A DNA stretch of 64,000 nucleotides from Bacillota bacterium (GCA_050952625.1 JBMNLH010000003.1:32001-96000), one strand, 5' to 3'. Positions 1 through 10,888 are shown, numbered from the stretch's first letter. Translations and numbers: made by a program. Notes: generated by a model from the sequence alone, not told the origin.

Positions 1-508
1 GGGCTAACGTTAGTCCCGACCCGGGGATAATAAACAGAGGGTCATACCCAAATCCCTGATCCCCGACCATTGCGTAGCCGATCTGCCCCTCGCAGGTTCC
101 CTCTGCCAGATAACTTTGTCCGGTTGGCTCAACTATGGCAACCACACAGCGAAAACGGGCAGTCCTTTTTTCGGGTGCAATCCCGGCCATCAGAGCCAGC
201 AGCTTTTGATTATTCCGCCAATCACTAGCCGGCTCCCCGGCAAAACGGGCCGACAGAACTCCCGGTCGCCCGTCCAGGCAGTCAACCTCTAAACCCGAAT
301 CATCCCCCAGAGTTAACAGGCCAGTCTGCTTAGCTACAGTGGTTGCTTTAATTAAGGCGTTTTCGGCAAAGGTGCTCCCGGTTTCTTCTATTTCGGGTAA
401 ATCCGGAAAGTCTTTCAGAGATAAGACTTCCAAAGGATAATCAGCCAGAAGTGCCTTGACCTCACGCAGTTTACCCTGATTTTTCGTGGCGACGACTAAC
501 TTTTCCAT
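1..508 (-). CDS. rdgB: XTP/dITP diphosphatase (Ham1 family), runs off the window start
   Basis: Not in ORF track. Manual translation from ATG 508: [17 protein letters not shown]...[15 protein letters not shown]...DDSGLEVD...GFGYDPLF; lies directly downstream of rph. Confidence 0.93.
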   Translation of the reverse strand, partial: MEKLVVATKNQGKLREVKALLADYPLEVLSLKDFPDLPEIEETGSTFAENALIKATTVAKQTGLLTLGDDSGLEVDCLDGRPGVLSARFAGEPASDWRNNQKLLALMAGIAPEKRTARFRCVVAIVEPTGQSYLAEGTCEGQIGYAMVGDQGFGYDPLFIIPGSGLTLA

Positions 509-1248
509 AACTGATCCTCATCTAATATACCTTTAAGAATCTGTTTTTCTTGCTCAATCAATTCCTTGATGCCTTGATTGGCTAAAGCTAAAAACTGCTG
601 CAACTCTTCATAAGAGAAGGGGTATTCTTCAGCGGTCCCCTGGATCTCGACAAACCGACCCTGGCCGGTCATCACTAGATTCATATCTACTTCCGCCTGA
701 GAGTCCTCCGCATAGGCCAGGTCCAGCATCACCTGTCCTTGCACCTTACCCACACTAGTGGCTGCCAGATAATCAATCACCGGCAGCCGCTCCAACCCTC
801 CCTGCTGCTGCAGCCGGGAGAGAGCCAGGACCAGAGCTATAAAACCGCCGGTCACGGAGGCGGTCCGGGTACCGCCATCGGCCTGAATAACGTCACAATC
901 AATCCACACTGTCCGTTCGCCGAGACCCTTAAGATCAACAACCGAGCGGAGGGATCGACCAATCAGCCGCTGGATTTCGTGGGTCCTGCCACTCAGCTTG
1001 CCCCGAGTTGCTTCCCGCGGGCTCCTGGAATGAGTTGACCGAGGCAGCAGAGAATACTCCGCGGTTATCCAGCCTTGACCGGTCCCCTTAACGTGCGGCG
1101 GTACTCGGTCTTCAATCGAAGCGGCACACAGCACTTTGGTATCTCCAACCTCAATTAACACCGAACCTTCAGCGTGTTTCAAATAATTCGCCGTGATTAC
1201 GACCGGGCGCATCTCTTCGGCCCGACGACCATCCAATCTTTCAATCAA
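496..1248 (-). CDS. rph: Ribonuclease PH
   Basis: [37 protein letters not shown] and DGGTRTAS motifs; start moved to a TTG downstream of the AAGGAGG SD. Confidence 0.96.
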   Translation of the reverse strand: MIERLDGRRAEEMRPVVITANYLKHAEGSVLIEVGDTKVLCAASIEDRVPPHVKGTGQGWITAEYSLLPRSTHSRSPREATRGKLSGRTHEIQRLIGRSLRSVVDLKGLGERTVWIDCDVIQADGGTRTASVTGGFIALVLALSRLQQQGGLERLPVIDYLAATSVGKVQGQVMLDLAYAEDSQAEVDMNLVMTGQGRFVEIQGTAEEYPFSYEELQQFLALANQGIKELIEQEKQILKGILDEDQLWKS

Positions 1249-1338
1249 CAAATGAACCTCCTTATTATTAATGTCTGGGTAGAGTCCCATGGACTAATGG
1301 TTATATTTATCGTATAGCAATGACAACAATGGTGCCGC

Positions 1339-1893
1339 TTAGCTTGATCGCTGGTATTTTTGTCTCCCCAACCGGTACAGATCATTTCCCGCGGCATCAA
1401 TCACCACTATAGCCGGGAAGTCTTCTACCCGCAGCCGCCGAATGGCCTCCGGTCCCAGTTCGGGATAGGCAACCACCTCTGCCTCAACGATACATTTCGC
1501 CAGAAGGGCCCCGGCTCCCCCGATGGCGGCTAAATAAACCGCGCCATGCTTCTGCATGGCTTGAATCACTTCGGCTGAACGGGTTCCCTTGCCCACCATC
1601 ACTTTCAAGCCCTGCTCAATCAAGGCGGGGGTGTAGCGATCCATGCGCCCGCTGGTTGTCGGTCCGGCTGAACCAATTACCCAGCCGGGCGGGGCGGGAC
1701 AGGGGCCAACATAGTATATAGCTTGCCCGGTTACGGGAATCGGTAGACCCTGGCCTTGGTTCAAGGCCTCAAACAGCCGACGATGCGCCGCGTCCCGGGC
1801 GGTATAGATCAAGCCGGACAAGAGGACCGGCTCCCCCACCCGGAGACGGCGCACCTCTTCCTCAGTCAGGGGAAGATTAAGCTTTTTGATCAT
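1339..1893 (-). CDS. Fe-S hydro-lyase (fumarate/tartrate) beta subunit
   Basis: TARDAAH, GPTTSGRM and GKG motifs. Confidence 0.92.
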   Translation of the reverse strand: MIKKLNLPLTEEEVRRLRVGEPVLLSGLIYTARDAAHRRLFEALNQGQGLPIPVTGQAIYYVGPCPAPPGWVIGSAGPTTSGRMDRYTPALIEQGLKVMVGKGTRSAEVIQAMQKHGAVYLAAIGGAGALLAKCIVEAEVVAYPELGPEAIRRLRVEDFPAIVVIDAAGNDLYRLGRQKYQRSS

Positions 1894-2744
1894 AGCACCG
1901 CCTCCCCATGTCGGGCACAGTGACAGTTTAGATTAACCGCGACCGGCAGGCAGGCCATATGCGTCGGGAAATCCTCGATATGTACCGCCAAGGCCGTAAC
2001 CCGGCCGCCAAGACCTTGCGGACCAATTCCCAGGTCGTTAATTTGCGTTAAGAGGCGGGCCTCCAACTCCGCCAGCCGGGGGTCCGGATTCCGCTGACCC
2101 AGAGGCCGCAGCAGAGCCTTCTTGGCCAGGATAGCGGCCTTCTCCATGGTCCCACCGAGCCCTACCCCCACCACGATCGGTGGACAGGGATTTGCCCCGG
2201 CCCGATCAACCACTTCCAGGACAAACCGACTGATTCCCTCAACCCCATCAGCTGGTTTTAACATCCTCAAGCTACTCATATTCTCACTGCCCCCGCCCTT
2301 AGGTGCCAGGGTGATTTTCAGCTGATCGCCATCCGTAAGGTCATAGTGAATGATCGCCGGGGTATTATCGCCGGTATTCACCCGTTCAAATATCCCTTTA
2401 ACCATCGATTGACGCAGGTAGCCTTTTTGATAACCGCGCCGGACTCCTTCATTAATCGCCTCGGACAGACTCCCCCCAGTTATTTTGACCTCCTGGCCAA
2501 GCTCAACAAAGACCACGGCCTGGCCAGTATCCTGACACAACGGAATCTTCTCTTGCTCTGCCAGAGCGATATTCTCCAGTATTTTGGCTAAAACCTCCCG
2601 CCCGACCGGGGATTCTTCGAGGGTCTGACTCTGCCTGATTGCCTGCCGGACATCCTCTCCCAGCCGATAATTAGTTTCCAGGCAAAGCCGTTCTACCGTA
2701 TCTCGCACCTGAACCGCTGAGACTTCGCGCATAAAACCATCCAT
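1890..2744 (-). CDS. Fe-S hydro-lyase (fumarate/tartrate) alpha subunit
   Basis: CQDTG, KGGGSEN, CPP and NCHCAR motifs; 4-bp overlap with the beta gene. Confidence 0.92.
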   Translation of the reverse strand: MDGFMREVSAVQVRDTVERLCLETNYRLGEDVRQAIRQSQTLEESPVGREVLAKILENIALAEQEKIPLCQDTGQAVVFVELGQEVKITGGSLSEAINEGVRRGYQKGYLRQSMVKGIFERVNTGDNTPAIIHYDLTDGDQLKITLAPKGGGSENMSSLRMLKPADGVEGISRFVLEVVDRAGANPCPPIVVGVGLGGTMEKAAILAKKALLRPLGQRNPDPRLAELEARLLTQINDLGIGPQGLGGRVTALAVHIEDFPTHMACLPVAVNLNCHCARHGEAVL

Positions 2745-2913
2745 TCTTACAGTCTAAAGTAGCGCAAAACGTCTTAACACTAACAAACAAATTCTAACAA
2801 AGATTAAATTCATTATAATCGTCAAGATTTTTCGCTTTGCTCAGAATTAGTTACGCCTTGACCGCACCCGATCAACGAAAAGTAGTTATATTCATCCTAT
2901 AACAGGCTGGAAT

Positions 2914-2986
2914 CACACCACACGCTACACGCCCCACACCTCACGACTAACGACTAACGACTAACGACTAACGACTCACGACTCAC
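2914..2986. repeat. Heptamer tandem repeat overlapping the MBL gene stop codon
   Basis: cacacca cacgcta cacgccc cacacct cacgact (aacgact)x4 cacgact. Confidence 0.9.
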
Positions 2987-3725
2987 ATCTTATGACCTGC
3001 CCCTCGGTTGCCAGCTCGACCCGGCTGCCAAAGGCTTCTTCCGCTTCACGCCGGCTTACTTCCAGGTCGTATTCCGGGAAAAAGTGGGTGAGGACCAGTT
3101 TTTTCACCCCGGCGGCCTTGGCAATCTGACCGGCTTGTCGGCTCGTTAAATGTCCTCCGACCTGGCGGCGAATTTGATCATGTTCCTGAAAACCGGCCTC
3201 GCACAAGAAAATATCCGCCCCTTGAATAAAACTGACCAGTTCGTCCTGCCACTGCGTATCCGCGGAGTAAGCGAAAACCTGACCAGTCGTCTTCTCTTCC
3301 AGGCGCAGGGCATAGGTGAGCAGGGGGTGTTTTGTCTGGAGAACCCGCCCCGTAAATTGATCCTGAACCATCCCTTGGCCTAATGGCCGCAGAGTCAAAA
3401 ATTCAGGCTGGCGCATCAAGGGTTCCAGAGCACTGGTTGGTTTCTCCGGGGCCCAGATTTCCAGCGGTTGAGAACGGGTACCCATAATAATACTCCCCAT
3501 GATCGCGTGGCGCAAGCAGAATAAATCCGCCGCATGGTCCTCATGAAAATGACTGATCACTACCCCATCCAGGCTTCGAAAATCCATCAGTTCCTGCAAC
3601 CGGCTAAAGCTGCCGTTGCCACATTCCAAAAGCAACCGGTAACCAGTCAAATCAACCAAATAACCCGGGCAAGCCCCACCTGCCCGGGGATAAGGTGACC
3701 AGCAACCTAATACAGTTATCTGCAA
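2976..3725 (-). CDS. MBL-fold metallo-hydrolase (RNase Z/YhfI-like)
   Basis: SHFHEDH, ADT, CEA, GHLT and LTHF motifs. Confidence 0.88.
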   Translation of the reverse strand: MQITVLGCWSPYPRAGGACPGYLVDLTGYRLLLECGNGSFSRLQELMDFRSLDGVVISHFHEDHAADLFCLRHAIMGSIIMGTRSQPLEIWAPEKPTSALEPLMRQPEFLTLRPLGQGMVQDQFTGRVLQTKHPLLTYALRLEEKTTGQVFAYSADTQWQDELVSFIQGADIFLCEAGFQEHDQIRRQVGGHLTSRQAGQIAKAAGVKKLVLTHFFPEYDLEVSRREAEEAFGSRVELATEGQVIRCES

Positions 3726-3744
3726 ACTAACATCACCCTCACTC

Positions 3745-4554
3745 TTACCGGTCTAAATCCACCTGATCAACTTGCTTAATCAGGTCACCGACCATTCGCT
3801 GTCCTACCTGCAGGAAGGAATCGGCTCGTCCGGTTGAATAAAAACGATGATCCAGACAACCAGCCCGTTGTTGACTAAGCTGGCCTTGGGCCTTCAAGGT
3901 TTTTCCCACCACAGCCACTGTTTCCTGGGCCGGATCAACCAGGGTAACCGCCTCACCCATTAGCCGCTGAATGACCGGGACCAGGAAAGGATAATGGGTA
4001 CACCCCAGAATTAAGGTATCCACCCCGGCCGCGCGCAAAGGCTCCAGGTACTCACGGCAGACCCGCTCTGTTTCCCCGTCATCTAATCGTCCGGCCTCGA
4101 CCAGGGGAACTAGTTGGGGACAGGCCTGACTAAAAACCTTTACTTGGGGGTTAATCTGTTCGGCAACTCGGGGAAAAGCCTGGCTCTTAATGGTGGTTTC
4201 CGTGGCGATTACCCCGACTCGACCGTTTCGGGTAATCTGGAGGGCTCGCTGAACACCCGGTTCAATTACCCCAATTATCGGAACAGCAAAATTTTCTTTT
4301 AGATATTCAAGGGAAACGGCGGAACTGGTGTTACAGGCCGCCACAATCATTTTGGCCCCCTGACTAACCAAAAAACGAGCAATTTGGCCGGCAAAAACTT
4401 GCAGTTCTTCCACGGTTCGAGAACCATATGGCACATGAGCGGTATCCCCCAGGTAGACGACCTTTTCGCTCGGTAGTTTTTCAAACAGGACCCGGACCAC
4501 GGTCAACCCGCCTACCCCTGAATCAAATACGCCAATCGGTCGGTCCTCGGACAA
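3745..4554 (-). CDS. murI: Glutamate racemase
   Basis: IGVFDSGVGGLTV, ACNTSS and LGCTHYP motifs; probable TTG start at 4554. Confidence 0.96.
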   Translation of the reverse strand: MSEDRPIGVFDSGVGGLTVVRVLFEKLPSEKVVYLGDTAHVPYGSRTVEELQVFAGQIARFLVSQGAKMIVAACNTSSAVSLEYLKENFAVPIIGVIEPGVQRALQITRNGRVGVIATETTIKSQAFPRVAEQINPQVKVFSQACPQLVPLVEAGRLDDGETERVCREYLEPLRAAGVDTLILGCTHYPFLVPVIQRLMGEAVTLVDPAQETVAVVGKTLKAQGQLSQQRAGCLDHRFYSTGRADSFLQVGQRMVGDLIKQVDQVDLDR

Positions 4555-4632
4555 GCTTATCACTTCCGTTCTTTTTATCAACTTCCAAACTTCCCGGTTA
4601 TTATACCACAAGGAGGTCCGGATAAAAGCCAA

Positions 4633-5259
4633 TCACTTGATCAAGGCGGTATTCCGTACCAGCGGCTGAGTTAAATCAATCTTTCCCGCCAACGTTTCGA
4701 CTACCTGTCCATCAATCAGTATTTGAACCTCTTTGATTGTGGGAAACTGAGTCAGGGTATTAACTACCGAATAGACTGCCAGTTCCTCGGCGTTGTTCTT
4801 TTTGTCTAAGTTAGCTCTAAACTCCCGGCTGAGGTCCACAATACACCGGCCATCGGACCGGACATTAATATCCAATAGTGAGGCCCCCAAGGGAATAGGG
4901 GAAGTTAACGACGATCCAATGGCTGGTCCCCGGATTAGTTCCTGAAGCGCGGCCCGGGCAATGCCGGTAACTTTCGGAATACTTTTCTTTTCACTGACCA
5001 GTTTACCGCTTTGGTCATCCACAAAAAAAGTCTCCACCGCTACCATTTCCTGCTCCGGCACGGTGTTTTCCCCAATAACCACAGAATGTAAATCAGTCCC
5101 AGTTGATGAGGGATATAGCGGATCGCTATTTTGCATCTGCCCGTCTTCCTGCCCCACCTCGTTACCGGAAAATGGCCACCAGCCGCAGCCCGTCCCGATT
5201 AGTCCTACTAGCACCAATAAACCCCCGAGGACTAATGGGGTTAACAAACTTCTTTTCAC
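4633..5259 (-). CDS. gerM: GerMN-domain lipoprotein (GerM-like)
   Basis: Lipobox-like GTGC; ALQELIRGP and VVNTLTQFPTIKEVQILIDG; next to murI/rph as in Bacillus. Confidence 0.75.
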   Translation of the reverse strand: MKRSLLTPLVLGGLLVLVGLIGTGCGWWPFSGNEVGQEDGQMQNSDPLYPSSTGTDLHSVVIGENTVPEQEMVAVETFFVDDQSGKLVSEKKSIPKVTGIARAALQELIRGPAIGSSLTSPIPLGASLLDINVRSDGRCIVDLSREFRANLDKKNNAEELAVYSVVNTLTQFPTIKEVQILIDGQVVETLAGKIDLTQPLVRNTALIK

Positions 5260-5404
5260 CGTGCATTCCTCCTTTACCTATTTTTACTAAATAGATATCG
5301 CAGTTAACCGGCATTTATGCCACAAATTTTAATAATTAAACACATAGGACACCTAAATGCCTTGATGTAGACGGACTTAGATAGAAACGGCGAATGAAAA
5401 TGAA

Positions 5405-5448
5405 TAACCCCCACTTGTTGAAAAAGCGGGGGTTCTCCTTATTCAAAT
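5405..5448. repeat. Partial, degenerate copy of the 115-bp element (CCCCCACTT hairpin only)
   Basis: taacccccactt...aagcgggggtt. Confidence 0.6.
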
Positions 5449-5498
5449 ATATTAATCAATCTTAAAAATTATTTTATCTAAGCTCGAAGCTGACGAAT

Positions 5499-7289
5499 TC
5501 ATTCCCGCTGACTGGAAATAAGCTCGCGTTCTTCCTGCATCACCTGGATCAGTGTATCTCGATTTAGGTAATCGACCACGTAAAGCGTGCCATGAGCAGC
5601 ATTGGCCAGTTCTCGTAAAAACTCTCGATTCGCCTGCACGCCAATACAGGCTAGTCGAATTTTAGCCTCCTCCAGCATCCGCGCTGCTTTCAGGGCATCC
5701 GCTTTCGAATCATAGGTCCATAACGGATAAGTGGGCATTCCATCCGTAATTAAAACTAAGAGAGGGTTTTGGACACCGGATTCCTGAATTAACTCCAGAC
5801 TCTTCATAATTCCGCTCGCCAGCGGGGTCATCCCCTCTGGAACAACCGACCGTAACCCCATTCGTAGTCGCTTCTGATTCCGGGTAAAGGGGACCGCGAC
5901 CCGGGCGTTCATCTCCTGAAAGACTACTACGGCCACCCGCTCTCGAGAGGAGAGCAAAAGATATTCTGCTAGTTGCCAGGCAGCTTGGCTCTTGTCCCCG
6001 GCCATACTGGCACTGCAATCCACCAACAGACAGATATTAATCGGGGTATAGGATCGCTTTCCGTACACCTGAATATCGTCCTGAGTGATCCGGACCCGTT
6101 TTAAACCATCCTGCAGGCTTTGTTTGGCCCCTTCCATGACGGTTTCTGACACGGCCACGACACTGCTCGTGTTATCCTCCAGCCGAGGTAAAACCTTACG
6201 CTTGTTGATTTTTTCCTTGGTTCTGGTTTCAGTTTTCGTTCGCGTCAAGCGTTGATAACGTTTGGAGCCTTTCGGGAAGCGCCGCATGATCACGCGGTAC
6301 AAGGCTTCCATTTCTTGTTGATTATAAATGAGATATTGACGCAGATTCTCCCCTTCTTCGGTTAAGGACAAACCCAGGATGCCCTTATCCACCAGGCCAG
6401 CCTCAATAAGCTTATCGATGATCGGGGTTAGATCCCCTTGCAATTTTCGCGAAGGCCGGTTGGTCATTCTTTGAAAAATGTTGCCCTTCATATTGTCCAA
6501 AAAATTTCTTACTTCCTCTACCCCACCAAAGCGGCGAGCTAAGGCAATAATCGCCTGTTTTTGGTTTTGCACGCGAATAATCTCATCTGTTTCCCCTCTT
6601 CGGCTGGAAAACCAAGGCAGGCTGAAGCCCCGGACATCTTCCGACTGCACTCCTTTTTGAAAACCGTGAGTAATGCCCATTATTTTTTGGATTTGATAAC
6701 CCTGTTCCTGAATTGCCGCTTCAACCGCCTCTACTAAATCCAGGACCAGGCCATATCCTTCCTCAGGCAGTTCAGCCACGAGGTGGACATGGTCCGTTAA
6801 ATCTTCGGGGATCTCAGTGTACTGGTCATAGCCCACTTCCACTAGACGCCGGACATTCCCCATTCCCTCCTCAGTCGCTATCCAAATCCTGGAAGCGACA
6901 TCCGAAGGTTCTTTAAAACGTTCTATATTTAAGGATTGGCTGGCAGTCGCCTGGTCCGCCAAGAAGGTATTAATCGCGGACCAGATTCGCCGGGCTAACG
7001 GCACGACTTGTATCCGGGCTGCTTCATGATAGACATCAATATGCACTGCCCGGTCCGGTTCAGTACACTGACAATAGTATTGACCCGCATCTTGTTCGAT
7101 CAAGATCTGAATATGCGGAAACAGCCGGGGACTCTTTTGGTGCAGCCGCCGGCTAACCACCGCGGTCTCACCAATGCGCACCCCCTGCTGCTTATTGAAA
7201 TAAACCTTTAAATAATTGGCTAGGGTTGAGCGTTTGGCGATCAGGTTTTGTTCTTCCTTGATAAGCCACCCACTCCTTTCCTCAGGCAC
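5499..7289 (-). CDS. VWA-domain protein (ChlD-like C-terminus, long unassigned N-terminus)
   Basis: MIDAS motif LVDCSASM, TPLA, ITDG. Confidence 0.85.
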   Translation of the reverse strand: MPEERSGWLIKEEQNLIAKRSTLANYLKVYFNKQQGVRIGETAVVSRRLHQKSPRLFPHIQILIEQDAGQYYCQCTEPDRAVHIDVYHEAARIQVVPLARRIWSAINTFLADQATASQSLNIERFKEPSDVASRIWIATEEGMGNVRRLVEVGYDQYTEIPEDLTDHVHLVAELPEEGYGLVLDLVEAVEAAIQEQGYQIQKIMGITHGFQKGVQSEDVRGFSLPWFSSRRGETDEIIRVQNQKQAIIALARRFGGVEEVRNFLDNMKGNIFQRMTNRPSRKLQGDLTPIIDKLIEAGLVDKGILGLSLTEEGENLRQYLIYNQQEMEALYRVIMRRFPKGSKRYQRLTRTKTETRTKEKINKRKVLPRLEDNTSSVVAVSETVMEGAKQSLQDGLKRVRITQDDIQVYGKRSYTPINICLLVDCSASMAGDKSQAAWQLAEYLLLSSRERVAVVVFQEMNARVAVPFTRNQKRLRMGLRSVVPEGMTPLASGIMKSLELIQESGVQNPLLVLITDGMPTYPLWTYDSKADALKAARMLEEAKIRLACIGVQANREFLRELANAAHGTLYVVDYLNRDTLIQVMQEERELISSQRE

Positions 7290-7350
7290 AGGCCGCTAAA
7301 ACCATCAAAGACTTAGCATAAGACGGACCGGGGTTTAAACCTCACGACAT

Positions 7351-8637
7351 TTACCGCTCCGGAGGACGAAGATCTTTTTCCGTGCGCAAAAGTTCATCTC
7401 TGCCTAAATCACTAAGTCGTCGAGCTTTCAGGAGATTGCTGCTTTCGGGATTATCCCGTTCGGCCGAATCCAAGGCTTTATTACTGTCACGGCCGCCGAA
7501 AAACGATTTTAAGCCCTTGCCCCCGCGTTTTCCATCGTCAAATGAACCCGCGGTTGGCTCTCGCCGCGAAGCCTCCAAAAAACCTCCATCATCACCCTTA
7601 TCTAAATTATTCATTATTTTGGTTAAAGTATCTACCTCGACTCGGTGTTTTAAAGCTAAGGGCAACACTTTAATGATATCGCTAACTAGGACCTGTTTCC
7701 GTTCTTTTAAGACTGTATGCAGCACTGCCGCCTGTTGAATCCCTTCAATCGCCCGCAGACTCTCAACGTGGTATTTCAGGTAAATGCGGGCGATAAAGTT
7801 CCTCAGGAAGTCCGGCATACCGACACCCCGGTTTTCTTCCGCAATTTTTTGAAATCGCTTGAGAATCTTTAGATCTTCTTCAGCGTTGCCATCGCTGCCG
7901 ATTTGTCCGAAACGAACCATTTCGCTTTGCAGTAAAATGTCAGCCACTGTCTCTAAACTGTTCGGCCGACCCATGTAAAGAACCAAATCAAAACGATCCG
8001 ACAATTGTTTTCGGATTTCCTCAAGCGGCCCGGGCTCTTCATCTGGGTTAGAGGCTGCCCAAATTGAGACCTGAACCGGGATCTGGACCAACGGGATTCC
8101 CGCTTCCTCAATCTGAATCCGGCCTGGTTTTGTTCCCATTACGTCCAGCAGAACATCGGTTATCTCCGGGGAAGTATCCGCTAAACGATTAATCTCGTCG
8201 ACAAAGATTATCCCCCGATGGGCCTGCGGGACAACCCCGGGTAAAATCGCCGCCGTGGGCTGGGTTGGATCGGTAATTTTCGCTAAGTCAATACTGCCGA
8301 CCACGGTTCCGATCTTGGCCGAGTGGGAGATTTCCAAATAGGGCATCGGGATCCACTCTGTCCCGATTTCGGCTATTTGCTCCGGGGTTAAACCGGCATG
8401 GTGCGGACAGTGCGGCTTTTTCGGATCACAATTATATAAACAGTTTTTAATCCGTTCAATGGGAGGCAGCACATTTTTGGCCGCCCGCATAATGGTAGTT
8501 TTGCCCGTTCCCCGTAAGCCTTCGGCATGAATGTGCAACGGGTCATTCCACAAAGTGGATATAATCGACATCTCTACCATTTCAAACAGGGTCTCATTCC
8601 CGTAATGTCTTGCTAATCGGTGGTATGGTTTCATCAC
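7351..8637 (-). CDS. Mg-chelatase ChlI-like AAA+ ATPase
   Basis: Walker A GLRGTGKTT, Walker B IFVDEINRL, NPDEE, LSDRF. Confidence 0.85.
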   Translation of the reverse strand: MMKPYHRLARHYGNETLFEMVEMSIISTLWNDPLHIHAEGLRGTGKTTIMRAAKNVLPPIERIKNCLYNCDPKKPHCPHHAGLTPEQIAEIGTEWIPMPYLEISHSAKIGTVVGSIDLAKITDPTQPTAAILPGVVPQAHRGIIFVDEINRLADTSPEITDVLLDVMGTKPGRIQIEEAGIPLVQIPVQVSIWAASNPDEEPGPLEEIRKQLSDRFDLVLYMGRPNSLETVADILLQSEMVRFGQIGSDGNAEEDLKILKRFQKIAEENRGVGMPDFLRNFIARIYLKYHVESLRAIEGIQQAAVLHTVLKERKQVLVSDIIKVLPLALKHRVEVDTLTKIMNNLDKGDDGGFLEASRREPTAGSFDDGKRGGKGLKSFFGGRDSNKALDSAERDNPESSNLLKARRLSDLGRDELLRTEKDLRPPER

Positions 8638-8787
8638 AGCTACCCCCCAACATTTTGACTCCCAATTTTCTTAAGGCACCCTATAAATCACGAAGGATTT
8701 CAGATAATAAGTATTTATAAGAGTTCGACACCGACCGGTTTTTTCCTTCAGCAAAAACAAATTAGTTTCACAATTCACAAAACTAGC

Positions 8788-9336
8788 TCACTTAACCCAG
8801 CGTAGAATCTGTTTAAATTCGGGAGTGCCAGCAATGTGCATAAGGTCAAAAGTGACCAATTCAGTGCTGGTGATGACTACCCCCATTTCCCGCAGTAGGT
8901 TTATCGCTGTTTGACAGTTAAGGTCGGCTCGGGAATCAACGGCATCAGCTACCAAGTAACATTGATACCCCTCTCGCTGCAAATCGCGCACTGTTTGAAA
9001 AACGCAAACGTGGGCCTCAATCCCGGTCACAATTATTTGGTCCCTTCCCCGGCGTTTTAATTCCGCCAACAATTCTGGGGTTGCCGCTGTGAAAGTCATT
9101 TTTTCAAATTTAGCTAGATCCAATCCAGTAAGATCTACTGATTCCAAAGTTGGCCCTAACCCCCGGGGATTCTGTTCGGTTACGATCACCGGGAGATTTA
9201 AGGTGCGGGCTACTTGAAGCAATAAATTAGTTTGTTTTAAGAGCTGGTCCTGGTGAGCCATCGCCACAAATAATTTTTCCTGTAAATCAACGATTAGTAA
9301 TAAGGCCCGTTCCTTCTGAAGATAAAATTTATCCAT
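8788..9336 (-). CDS. Isochorismatase-family hydrolase
   Basis: IVDLQ, TEQNPRGLG, GIEAHVCV. Confidence 0.9.
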   Translation of the reverse strand: MDKFYLQKERALLLIVDLQEKLFVAMAHQDQLLKQTNLLLQVARTLNLPVIVTEQNPRGLGPTLESVDLTGLDLAKFEKMTFTAATPELLAELKRRGRDQIIVTGIEAHVCVFQTVRDLQREGYQCYLVADAVDSRADLNCQTAINLLREMGVVITSTELVTFDLMHIAGTPEFKQILRWVK

Positions 9337-9556
9337 TCTTAGCCACCTCTCATCTTTAATCTGGTTTATCTCGTCTTAATATACCATTGCTTTCTCTGTG
9401 TGCAAGATACCGAGGTATCTGATATTGCTCGGGAATTATCTTATGAACTTTCATAATCTTTCTTCTATTTTAAACTAGAAAGACACTGATGAAAAGCTAT
9501 ACCTTAAAATATGGTATACTGTAATTAGCCCGTGTGTTCGAATAGGAGGGATTCGC

Positions 9557-10429
9557 ATGCGTTATGAAGGAGCTATTTTTCGACCGCCCAGTGAAGCCGG
9601 CAGCCTGCTGATCCAGGCAACCATTGGCTGTCCCCACAACAGATGTACCTTTTGCGGGTTGTATAAAAAAAAGAAATTCCGCATCCGTCCGGTGGCTGAA
9701 ATTAAAGAAGACCTCTGGATGGCACGTGACACTTACGGCAACGGAATCAGGACTATCTTTTTTCCCGATGGCAATTCGATAGTTTTGAAAACAGCTGAAT
9801 TGATCGAGATCTTTGAGTTTGCCCAGCAGCTTTTCCCTCATCTCGAAAGAATAACCATCTATGGCTCAGCCAGATTCCTCCTCAGGAAATCGCTTGACGA
9901 CTTAAAAGCCCTGCGGCAGGCTGGCCTTGGCCGAATTCATTCCGGCATGGAGTCAGGCGACGACGAGGTGCTGCGCCGAATTCAAAAAGGGGCGACCGCT
10001 GACCAAATTATTGAAGCCGGCTGTCGAGTCAAAGAAGCGGGGATTGAATTAAGCGAATACCTGTTGATTGGCATTGGCGGCCGAGAACTTTCTCAGCAGC
10101 ACGCGCTGGGAAGTGCCCGAGTCCTCAATGCGATCGATCCTGATTTTATTAGAGTGCGCACTTATACCCCGGTTCCCAAAACGCCTTTGGGCCAAGAATA
10201 TCTGGCCGGGAGCTTTCAACTTCCCAGCCCCCACGAAGCAATTAAAGAACTCCGTTTAATTCTGGAAAACCTCAAGACCACCGGCCTCTTCCTGAGTGAC
10301 CACATTTCCAATTATGCCAACATTAACGGAAAATTACCAGAGGATAAAGAAAAGATGCTGCAAATACTTGATTATGCCCTGACTATTGATGAATCAAAGT
10401 TTCCGAGCCAGGATTATCGATACATGTAG
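9557..10429 (+). CDS. Radical SAM protein
   Basis: CPHNRCTFC cluster motif; RPPSEA N-terminus; strong SD. Confidence 0.88.
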   Translation: MRYEGAIFRPPSEAGSLLIQATIGCPHNRCTFCGLYKKKKFRIRPVAEIKEDLWMARDTYGNGIRTIFFPDGNSIVLKTAELIEIFEFAQQLFPHLERITIYGSARFLLRKSLDDLKALRQAGLGRIHSGMESGDDEVLRRIQKGATADQIIEAGCRVKEAGIELSEYLLIGIGGRELSQQHALGSARVLNAIDPDFIRVRTYTPVPKTPLGQEYLAGSFQLPSPHEAIKELRLILENLKTTGLFLSDHISNYANINGKLPEDKEKMLQILDYALTIDESKFPSQDYRYM

Positions 10430-10440
10430 GAGGAATCGGC

Positions 10441-10761
10441 GTGGAATTGCGCGAAATGCAGCAAAAAGTGGATGATTGGGTTAGCCAATTTGCCGAAGGT
10501 TATTGGCACCCGTTGGCGCAGATGACTAAGCTAACCGAAGAGGTCGGAGAATTAGCTAGAGAAATCAATCATTACTACGGAGAAAAGCCCAAAAAACCAG
10601 GCGAACCAGAGAGCAGCATCGCCCTGGAGTTAGGGGATATCCTTTTTGTTTTAGGCTGTTTCGCTAATTCACTGAACATTGATTTGGAGAAAGCATTTAC
10701 CAGCGTGCTGGAAAAATACCGCACCCGAGACGCCAATCGCTGGACGCCGATTAATAAGTGA
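10441..10761 (+). CDS. MazG-like nucleotide pyrophosphohydrolase (YpjD-like)
   Basis: EEVGELAREINH and ELGD motifs. Confidence 0.9.
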   Translation: MELREMQQKVDDWVSQFAEGYWHPLAQMTKLTEEVGELAREINHYYGEKPKKPGEPESSIALELGDILFVLGCFANSLNIDLEKAFTSVLEKYRTRDANRWTPINK

Positions 10762-10888
10762 ACTCGTCCAGCTTTGCACATTAGGGCTTCAGTGGAGACT
10801 CTACACTATTTGATTTTAAAATTTGATTATAAACAAGGTAACCCTACTTATTATATTATAGAAAAGTAGGGGGTTTGAACTTAGATAA
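10758..10888 (-). mobile_element. 115-bp three-hairpin element (IS200/IS605-type non-autonomous element), degenerate copy
   Basis: gtgaactcgtccagc...aaacaaggtaacccta...aagtaggggg...agataa. Confidence 0.7.

Noticed and set aside
2914-2986. Heptamer runs as mini-CRISPR
   Set aside because: Contiguous 7-bp units with no spacers.
7351-8637. Chlorophyll biosynthesis (bchI/chlI)
   Set aside because: No other tetrapyrrole or photosynthesis genes in the window.
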